From Octopus sinensis (lineage: Eukaryota), in the NCBI RefSeq assembly GCF_006345805.1, contig NC_042999.1, forward strand, positions 33,418,001 to 33,482,000: 64,000 bases of DNA, given 5' to 3'. The notes under the pieces were generated by a model. It worked only from the letters and a program-made list of their open reading frames with translations, did no database searches and was not told the origin of the DNA. How positions within the stretch are numbered: the first letter of the stretch is position 1; every line of letters begins with the position of its first letter. The translations under genes were made by a program, and so were the position numbers. Positions 54,232 through 64,000 of the stretch are shown piece by piece.

Positions 54232-54392
54232 TATGTTTGAAGGCACGTGGACAAGTGATTAGGTTATTGCATTCACCGCCCCTAGATCCTGGGTTCGATT
54301 TGCACAGTGAGCGGCGCGTTGCATCCTTGATCAAAATACTTCATTCCACGTTGCTGGAGTATACTCAGCTGTAAATGAGTATTAAAGCGCCG
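54232..54392 (+). mobile_element. Short tRNA/CORE-type SINE
   Basis: GGCACGTGGACAAGTGATTAGG...GGGTTCGATT...CCTTGATCAAAATACTT...ACTCAGCTGTAAATGAGTA (CORE-like end). Confidence 0.7.
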
Positions 54393-54539
54393 GACTGGCC
54401 ATCTGATCAGAGAAAGCGTAAGCCTACACGCCGAGGCAGCGGAGTGGTATCATTCTGTTATTTCACAATAATACACAGTGGCTGTGGGAGCTACGAAATC
54501 ATCGTCGCCACTGTTTGTGCATATAATATTACCTCATCA

Positions 54540-54920
54540 GTGGAGGCGCAATGGCCCAGTGGTTAGGGCAGCGGACTCGCGGTCATAGGATCGCGGTTTT
54601 GATTCCCAGACCGGGCGTTGTGAGTGTTTATTGAGCGAAAACACCTAAAAAGCTTCACGAGGCTCCGGCAGGGGATGGTGGTGATCCCTGCTGTACTCTT
54701 TCACCAAAACTTTCTCTCTCTTACTTCCTGTTTCTGTTGTACCTGTATTTCAAGGGGCCGGCCTTGTCACTATCTGTGTCACGCTGAATATCCCCGAGGA
54801 CTACGTTAAGGGTACACGTGTCTGTGGAGTGCTCAGCCACTTACACGTTAATTTCACGAGCAGGCTGTTCCGTTGATTCGGATCAACCGGAACCCTCATC
54901 GTCGTAACCGAAGGAGTGCT
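54540..54920 (+). mobile_element. tRNA-derived SINE family A, tail type 1, full length
   Basis: GTGGAGGCGCAATGGCCCAGTGG head; tail ending GTCGTAACCGAAGGAGTGC followed by (CAT)n. Confidence 0.9.
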
Positions 54921-55243
54921 TTCATCATTACATCATCACATACTGAATAGTGCTTTGAACCTGAGTCCCGCTCATTTATATTTTTCGTGTTACACAACAT
55001 TTTAAAAATCTTATTTATGAACTTATCATTTCCCGATTTCATCGTTCACCTGTCCGAAGTACTTTATTTTTGTCAACAAAAATTCAGATTTATCCTCCCT
55101 CTATATCTACGTATTGGGTTAACCTACTTCATCGTCTGGGTGCGTCCAGGCAACACATTCTAAAGCTAAAAACGATGCAAGGCGCGTTGTAAGCAGCAAT
55201 GTGACAACATCCGACAGTCTGGTCGATTAAGTCATCACGTAAA

Positions 55244-58200
55244 TCTCTCTATATATAAACGGCAGTTTGTCTGTGCGTGCTTCTGTGTGTCTGTTTTCTC
55301 GTACCCTCACCCTGACCACGGCTTTCAACCGATTCTGATGAAACTTGACACACACATAGCCCAATGTCATAATTCAAAACTAACGAAGCGAAAATTTTGA
55401 AAAGTTCCCCCAGTTCTGAAAAAAATTGATAAATTCGACATGGGGTCGAGAATCATAAACATGAACCACAGACTGTCTAGGGCGCAACTCGAGAATCTAA
55501 GCTTTTTTTATGCAACGCATTATCTATGGTAGTTTTCACAACTTGCAATCGATTTTCACCAAACTCATGGTGAAGCTTAATGTTACCCTAAGAAACTCAA
55601 TTCTGACGTTAGTTTTCCATGCAATACCTTACCATCAGAAACAATCGATAAAATCATGCCATTTTGGGAAATCGCGTTCAAATTCAAGATGACATATTTT
55701 CGACAATATCTTTCACAAATTGGCAGGAATCTTTTTTTTTTTCACAACGAGCATCATGTCTGCTCCAAGGAGCTATATAGCCCTTTTTATTCCAATAGGA
55801 TACATTATTGGAAAAGATCGGTTAATTTAATCATATGGCACACATAGCAACAAATTTGTGTATTAAACACAAACCAGACTGTCTAGGGGACGCAACTTGA
55901 CCTTTTTAGCTATCGATAATTCGATCCAACCAATTCCTACCAGGAAGAAATTACATTCGAGATTTACCCCCCACACCGCCACTTCTGCTAATAGCTGCTG
56001 CAGCCGCAAGTTATTCGAATACTTTTTGGGTTTAAACTTTCTTTATAACTACCTCCCCAAACGTTTTACCTTCAATTTTGACGTACCCTAACGGTCCTCG
56101 GACGCTACTTGCAAACTCTTGGTTTATTATAAACCACTTTTGTCGTGTGCATCAAAAACTTTTCCTTTCGTTTGTTCAGTTTGATCACTTTTGACTTTTT
56201 CGTTGTTGTCACTCACATTGCTGCCAGCTTTTTGGCCGTTTTTGTACATTTTTATACATTTCGGATACTTACCCCACGAGCTCCTTTTATTACACCTTTA
56301 CCAAACACATTGCTATCCACCAAAATACTTACCCCACGTGTTCCTTTTTTTATACACCTTTGCCAAACACATTGCTATCCACCAAAATGCCACCCAAGAA
56401 GAGAAGGACCCTCCTCAACCCTCGGACGGCCAAGGCATCGGCTGCTAGGGCTAGAAGGGCACGCGAGACCCACGAGGAAACCGCCTTGCGCCTCTCGCAA
56501 ACAGCTTCCCGTTATGCCGCTGCTCAGGCATCTGAAACTACTAGCGACCGTTCTACCCTACTTTGCAAGGGTCGCAGCGTACAGATCTTCCCTCCGCTCG
56601 AGGTTGACGAAAGAGCAACAGTCCAGCCAAAACATGCGGGCTTCTTACTGTGCTTCCATCCGCAGAGCTCGCGAGAACCCCGAACAAAGGGCCATTCGGA
56701 ATGCGGCTAACGCCACTAGCACTGCCAGGACACGATCTGTCGAAACCTCACAGCAGAGGAGAACTCGCCAAGATGCTGACGCCGCAAACAAAGCCATGGC
56801 CAAAGCTGCCAAAACACCTCAACAGAGGAGAGCTCGCCAAGCTGCTAACGCCGCAAACACAGCCAGGGCTCGATCTGCCGAAACTCCACACCAACGGACT
56901 ATTCGGACATCCAGACATGCCATTAACACTGCTTCTGCTAGGGCTTCAGAGGGTGCTGAGGCGAGAGCTGAAAGGCTTTCAAGGGATGCCACTGCTACCG
57001 CTGTCGCACGTGCATCTGAATCTGCTGAGGCACGGTGCACTCGACTTGAGAGTATCAACAAACGTCGGGATATCATTCGTGGTGTACGTACCCCTGCCCC
57101 CGCTTTCTGGTTGTCACTAGCATTCAACTACGACGCCACAATTAACTTCTCCTTGCGTGACGACATCAAGATAGGGTCAATGACAATTGTATGCCAGTTT
57201 TGCAAAGCCAAGAAATGGCCCGGAGAGCCACCTGGTTTGTGCTGCTCTGGTGGCAAAGTGGACCTGCCACCCCTACGGGAACCACCTCAACCACTGAAGG
57301 ATCTCGCGGCGGGTTTAACCCCCGATTGGTCACAATTCCTTGAAATAATTCGAAAGTACAACTGCTCATTCCAAATGACCTCTTTCGGGGTCAAAATTCC
57401 TCCCAGAGAAGGCTGGATGCCTACTTTCAAAGTGCAGGGACAGGTCTACCATCTTATTGGGTCACTTCTGCCAGGACGAGATTCAGCAGTCTTCTTTCCT
57501 CCAAATATACTTCATTGCCGACTACAACCACCAGGTTGATGCACGCCTTGGAATAATACCGGGTACAAGCTATGTTCCCCGCAAAGACATTCTTCTCCGT
57601 CTCCAAACCATGCTTCATGATATCAACAGCTACGTCTGCAGCTTCAGATATGCCTTGGACAGTGCTCCTTCTCCAAACTTCACCGTTGTCATTGATGCTG
57701 ATAAACGACCCCACGGGGAGCACGAACGCCGTTTCAACGCACCTGCGTGCAACGAAATTGCCGCAGTTATACACGGAGAGCAACACAACAGCCGTGACAT
57801 AATCATCTCCTCCCGTGGTAACAACCTACACAGGATCAGCGAGACTCACAGATCTTATGACGCGCTTCAGTATCCATTGCTTTTCCCTTATGGGGAAGAC
57901 GGCTACCACTTCGGAATTCCTTTACGGCAGCCCTCCAATCAAACTACTGCGGCATCAAAGACGGTTTCCTGCAGGGCGTTCTACTCATACCGGTTCATGG
58001 TCAGGGAGGGTGAGTTCAACTTATTGCCCCGTTGTCGTCAGCTATTCAACCAGTTCGCCGTCGACATGGCCGCAAAAATGGAATCGGAAAGGCTGCTATA
58101 CATTAAACTTAATCAGACCAAACTTCGCTCCGACTCCTACTTTCATCTCCGTGACGGTTTGCAACAAGAAAATGACCCTCGCAACATCGGCAAGCCATGC

Positions 58201-61200
58201 ATTCTACCCTCCACCTTCACGGGAGGACCGCGATATATGCGTGAAAGGACCCAAGCGCCTTGACCTACGTGCGCATTTACGGCCGGCCGGACCTCTTTAT
58301 CACCTACACGTGCAATCAACCCAGCTGCGACGAAATCACTCGCGAAATCCTCCCGGGTCAATCTCACACCCATCGACACGACATCGTTGCTAGGGTTTTC
58401 CGTCTGAATTTGGGCAAAATGAAGGATTTGATAGTTAAGGGTCAGATTTTCGGGCATGTCAGGTGCCACATGTTTTCGGTCGAGTGGCAAAAGAGGGGCT
58501 TGCCACATGCTCACATCTTAATTTTGGCTCACTCATAAAATCGAGACTAATGACATTGACAAATTCATTTCCGCCGAGATTCCTGACCCCGATGAGGACC
58601 CCGGACTCTACGAAATTGTCCGCACTACCATGGTACACGGGCCCTGTGGACCAAATTACGCCAACACACACCATGCTACAAAAACGGATTAGCCTGCTCA
58701 AAGGGATTCCCTAAACGGTTCACTTTGGAGACTAAAACAGGCGGCGATGGGTATCCGCTGTACAAACGAAGGAGTCCAGCCAATGGAGGCCGCACGATTA
58801 CGGTTGGGCGACATCAAGTGGACAACAGCTACATTGTCCCCTACTGTCCTCTCCTGTCGAAGATATTCAAAGCCCACGTCAACGTTGAGTTCTGCAGCTC
58901 CATCAGGTCAATACAATATGTCTGCAAATATATCAACAAAGGCAGCGATGCTACCATGTTCAGCATCCAGAGGACCACCAGTCGCGACGAAGTGTCCAAC
59001 TACTTGGCTGGCCGGTACCTCTCAGCAGCAACGAAGCGTTTTGGCGCATTTACGGCTTCCCGCTCCATCAGAGACACCCGGCTGTGGTGCAGCTTGCTGT
59101 ACACTTGGAAAATGGACAGGGGATTTACTTCACAGAGCAAAGTGCTGTGCAGATAGCCACCAGCCCTAAAGACACAACGTTGACTGGTTTCTTCAAATTA
59201 TGCCAACGTGATGACTTCGCTCGAACGCTTTTGTACCCACAGGTCCCATCGTACTTCGTGTGGTCTAAAAACACCTGGATTCGACGGAAATCCGGCAAAA
59301 ACGTCGAAAGCTTCCCAGGCGTCAAGTTTGACTCCTGCCTGGGTCGAGTTTACAACATCCCGCCAAACCAGCAAGAATGCTTCTACCTCCGTCTCCTTCT
59401 ACATGAGGTCACTGGTCCAACAGGTTTCGCCAATATACGTACCGTCAATGGGGTTCTGTGCGACACCTTCAGGGAAGCATGTATGAGACTTGGCCTTCTA
59501 GAGGATGACTCCCAGTGGGACGCCACGATGGCAGAGGGTGCTTTACTGCAAACGCATTCGGCCCTACGACATTTTTCGCAATCCTTCTTCAAAAATGTCA
59601 GCTTAGTCATCCACTAAGTCTCTGGATGAAATACAGGGATGACATGTCGCACGACTTCTTACGTACGGCTCAGCAACACTGCCCTTCCGCCGAGATCACG
59701 TTCACCAACTTCATTTACAATTTTGCGCTCATTCAACTCGAAGACGTTGTCATCGATATGGGTGGGTCTGCTTTAACAGAGTACGGCCTTCCACCACCCA
59801 CACGTGAACACGCCAATGTTATGTCTGCTGAATTGTTACGCGAAACTTCCTACTGCATTGAGGAACTGCACCAGTACGTCCAAGATAATGAACCACGGCT
59901 GCTTCCAGACCAGCGCATAGCCTACAACACCATCGTAGACTCTGTCAGACAGCAACGTGGGGGGATTTTCTTCCTTGATGCACCCGGCGGCACTGGCAAA
60001 ACCTTCGTCACTAAACTAATTCTGGCAGAGGTCAGACGCAACACGGACATTGCCCTGGCTGTAGCTTCCTCTGGTATCGCGGCCACGTTGCTTCCGGGTG
60101 GCAGAACCGCCCACTCTGCCTTCAGACTCCGCTCGATCTGGCAAAGTCCGAGTCACCTATCTGCAACATCGCCAAGAACTCAGAACAGGCCGACATTCTT
60201 CGTAGATGCAAACTCATCGTAAGGGACGAGTGCACTATGGCACACAAAGGCGCCCTTGAGGCACTGGACAGGCCCTGCAAGACATCAGAGACTCTACGGC
60301 CCCCATGGGAGATTAACTTTACTTCTTCAGGAGACTTCAGGCAGACTCTACCTGTTATTCCAAAAGGAACCCGTGCCGATGCCGTGCGCGCGTGCCTTAA
60401 GTCGTCAGCTCTTTGGGCACATGTGCGGCCCTTGCACCTCCAAACTAACATGCGCGCGCAGTTTATTGGTGACAGCGGATCCGCTGCATTCTCAGGGACC
60501 TCTTATCGCTCGGTGAAAATAGGATGCTGTCTGATGCGGATGGCTACGTTCAATTGGACTCACTTTGCACCATTGTCGACACCCCTGCTAGCCTCCGGGA
60601 CGCTGTCTTCCACGACCTACAAAACAATTTACGCGACCTAAAATGGCTGGCAGGCAGAGCTATTCTCGCACCCAAAAATACAACCGTCAACTCCATCAAT
60701 ATCCAGCTACTTGAAGCTATTCCTGGTGATGTCCACGTCTACAAATCTATAGATAGGACAGCAGACCCCGCCCAGCTTGCCGATTATCCTGTTGAATTCC
60801 TGAATTCACTTGAACCGCCAGGCCTGCCACCACACATCCTGAAGTTAAAAGTCGGTGCGCCCATTATGCTCATCAGGAATTTGGTTCCACCTAAACAGTG
60901 CAACGGCACACGTTTGGTTGTGAAACATTTGGCACCACATTTATAACGGCCACAATACTTACCGGTTGTGGGAAGGGAGAGGACGTCTTCATTCCACGAG
61001 ATGCACCTTCAACCGTCGGGCGCTGACCTACCAATCCACTTCAGGCGTTCTCAGTTTCCTGTTAAACCCTGCTTCGCAAGTCGATCAATAAATCCCAAGG
61101 CCAAACGCTACAAGTCGCTGGGTTACATTTGGGCGAACAGTGCTTCGCCCACGGTCAACTCTACGTGGGCTGTTCACGCGTTGGGAGGCGCAATGATGTT

Positions 61201-61382
61201 TTCATGTTTTCGCCCAAACGGACAGCTAGGAACATCGTATATACAGAAGTATTCCAGTGAAGACAAGACATTGCAACGTCCACATGCACCTTCGTTCCCT
61301 GGAGGGAAAGGACTACATTGGGATTAGTCGTTGCCTACTAGGGGCTCTTATATACCCGGGGAACGCCGGGCTATGCTGCTAG
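55244..61382 (+). mobile_element. Helitron (autonomous type), apparently complete
   Basis: A|TCTCTCTATATATAAAC 5' end; CCCGG-ggaacg-CCGGG hairpin (61355-61370) 8 nt before CTAG|T; A/T insertion site with no TSD; encloses a RepHel ORF. Confidence 0.92.
56387..61260 (+). pseudogene. Helitron Rep-helicase (HUH/Y2 nuclease plus PIF1 helicase), multiply frameshifted as assembled
   Basis: MPPKKRR start; CQFCKAKKW..CCSGGKV; YDALQYPL; PDLFITYTCN, VEWQKRGLPHAHIL, YVCKYINKG; DAPGGTGKT, VASSGIAATLL, GDFRQTLPV, AILAPKN, NGTRL; ends NIVYTEVFQ*. Confidence 0.93.
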
Positions 61383-63294
61383 TCACTCTATATTTTTAGA
61401 AATAGTGTTTAGTTGTAAACAAGTTGCCATTTCAAAATTCCTAGCTGTTGTCTTGTAATATTTTAGTGAAAGAAAGATTTGTTGATGCTCTTCGTTTCCA
61501 GGGCTTGACTAACATTTTATTATATGAATGAAATGTAGTTTTAAGCTTGATAGGATTTGAGCTCGGAACCTGCAGATTTGTACAACACGGAAATTTGGCC
61601 GACACTCTAATGTTAGTGAATTACAACGACTCCAGTGCTTAAGGGATATTTGTATTGTCTAACCCAAAACGCATGAAAAGGAAAGTGGATCTTGGTTAAC
61701 TCTCATGGTAACAATTCTGGAAGCCTTCGATATCACGATAATAAATGTCTATTAGTTACTCATTGATAATAGTTTCTATATAGCGTCTATATTTGATGGT
61801 CGTAACTGGGCTAATTATTTCCACAGTTCCTTAATAGTTATTTCATTCAATAGATTAACAAAGCAGCACCAATATTAATAGTGAAAATATGCGTCACTCG
61901 CCTCACGGCAAAAGAAATTTTAATTAATTGAAATGCTTGCTATTGTATTTGTTATGCATGAAGTCTGTAGGAAATTTCTTAAAAGTTGCAACTGCTCGAG
62001 TGTATGTACATATCTTCTTGCATATGAACACGTTTTATGAATGCAATATTAAAAACCCTGAAGTCCAATTCATTCTTAGAATTGAAGATATGACAGTAAA
62101 TTATATTTCGTAATGATTCGCAGGAATATTACTTTTGCTCTAATATCCTATCAATAGCTGCTTATCAATCTTTTCAAACAATTTCTCATGTAAGATGTTA
62201 TGGATTAAGGTTCGAAATAGTATAAGAATCGGCATCTGATACACAATTCTGCCTTACTATTTGTATATGTGATTGCTGAACATCATTTAGCTTATATCAG
62301 ATTCTAGAAAATCTCAGGTATATAAAACTACCTGCAGATTCATGTTCTACTTTGTAATTACTAAGGCAGAAATCATTTCTTTCTGGAATAACAATGGTTT
62401 GCGCATGTCTAAAGAACTAAATATATAAATACCTGACATGAATGTTAATTCCAATACAATATTCGTATAATTCATCACCGCTTTAACGATGATGTTTTTC
62501 TTTTCATATTCACAGAAGCGTCTAATGAAGAAGTGAGAATCTTCATGAAATGTCAGTTTACTACCTGTTTATATATAATGATTCCATGTTGAGTCCATGA
62601 ATAACCATTCTATGAAATCTAAATAAATTACAAAAACAAATTTATCAAGAAAACTAATGAAAAACAAAAAAATTATAAATTTAACTGAATCAAATTTGAT
62701 ATTTCGTGTAATGACAATGGTAGCAGAATGTTACTATATTTGTAGTCTAAAACACAATAAATGACATCTCTATTCGTCTTCATTATATATTTAATACTTA
62801 ATAAGAAGCAAATAATGAAAATACAATGTCACGCAATAATTCATTGTTTAGAAATAAATTTCAATGATCAGCTCCACAGTAAATAAGTATAGAAGCATAG
62901 AGTTCCCTTTTGTGATTCTTAGATGCTAAATATGTCTATAGCATGTATCTAAAAATGTGTGAATATATTCTAGCAGGTATAGAAGCAATAAGCACCACAA
63001 TTGCATGCAATTAACAGTTTGGAAATAAGAATGGAATAAATAGTTGTATAATACACGATTTAAAGTGTTCTTAATTGCCTGTTGGTATTTGGAGATGGTT
63101 ATTTGAATAAGTGTGCAATATTTCTGTCAATTATGAGATTTAATTTCTGATTTATGAGATTTTATATCATGCTAAATATTCAATTATTGTAATGAATATG
63201 TATATGTATATGTGCGGGTGTTTGCGTGCGTGTGTTTATGCACGCTTATATATAAGGGTATATGTGTGTGAGGGTGTTTGTGCATATATTCTTT

Positions 63295-63517
63295 TACACT
63301 TTTACACGTTTCAGTCATTTGAGAACGGCTATGCTGGAGCACCACCTGAAAGGGCTTTTTAGTCTGAGAAATCGACCTCAGGATTTATTTTCAACCAAGT
63401 ACTTATTTTATCCGTGTCTTTGCCGAACTTCTAGGTTACGGGGACATAACACCACCTTCGTTTGTCAAGTGACAAACACAGACACCAACAGACACACACA
63501 CATACATACATATACGA

Positions 63518-63550
<33 letters not shown>

Positions 63551-63697
63551 CGACTGGCTTATTTCAGACACCCTCTACCACTCACAAGGCTTTGGTAGGC
63601 CCAACGTTGTACTGGGAAACACTTGCCCAGGGAACTGAACCGGAACCATGTAGTTAAGAAGCAACATTCTTACCACACATCCACGCCTGCGCCTATA
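63295..63697 (-). mobile_element. SINE family C
   Basis: cgtttcagtcatttga...atgctggagcacc...ccgaac...cactcacaaggctttgg...acttgccca...ggaaccatg...cttaccacac. Confidence 0.85.
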
Positions 63698-63711
63698 TGC
63701 ATATATATATG

Positions 63712-63742
<31 letters not shown>

Positions 63743-64000
63743 TTGTGTGTGAGTATGTGTGTGCGTGTGTACATGTCTGTGTGAGTGTATGCATGCATAA
63801 ATATGAAGGAATATGTATGTAAATGCATCTGAGTATAAATGAATATATTTACGAGTTTTTATTTCAATAAATGCTTTGTTATTATCACATCAGAGTAAAT
63901 GTCTGAAGTAGACGTCCTTATCAGTCTTCATATTTGATTCCGCAACACGTTTAGAAATATACAGAATATACAGGCTATATTTATTTCCTTTGTTATCGCC

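Noticed and set aside
54500-54545. Minus-strand CTGATGAGG...CAAACAGTGG
   Set aside because: Lacks GAAA and stem III; stem I partly borrows the SINE head.
62521-62560. CTAATGA-agaag...cttc-at-GAAA motif
   Set aside because: Core mutated and no stem I; expected by chance.
62330-62570. Two minus-strand exon-like open segments
   Set aside because: The intervening intron would be only 24 nt, phases are incompatible, and no protein family is recognisable.

Overview
AT-rich, microsatellite-dense eukaryotic DNA that is almost entirely transposon-derived. The SINE and retroelement repertoire suggests an Octopus-type cephalopod genome (inference). I could not support any host protein-coding gene, rRNA, true tRNA gene or CRISPR array. 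Most ORF-track entries are translations of simple repeats. Main content: (1) an apparently complete ~6.1 kb GC-rich Helitron (55244-61382) with TC/hairpin-CTAG ends, nine exact 23-aa N-terminal repeats and a frameshifted Rep-PIF1 ORF; (2) at least six same-strand R4/Dong-clade non-LTR elements, four clustered at 31-40.5 kb around (TAA)n runs, one nearly intact; (3) Penelope-like element remnants of two types plus several hammerhead-ribozyme motifs, one embedded in a perfect 190-bp palindrome; (4) a full-length decayed IR/DR Tc1 element and a foldback derivative built from its left end; (5) two mariner remnants, several MITE-like foldbacks and many tRNA-derived SINEs. All calls come from reading the sequence by eye; no searches were run.
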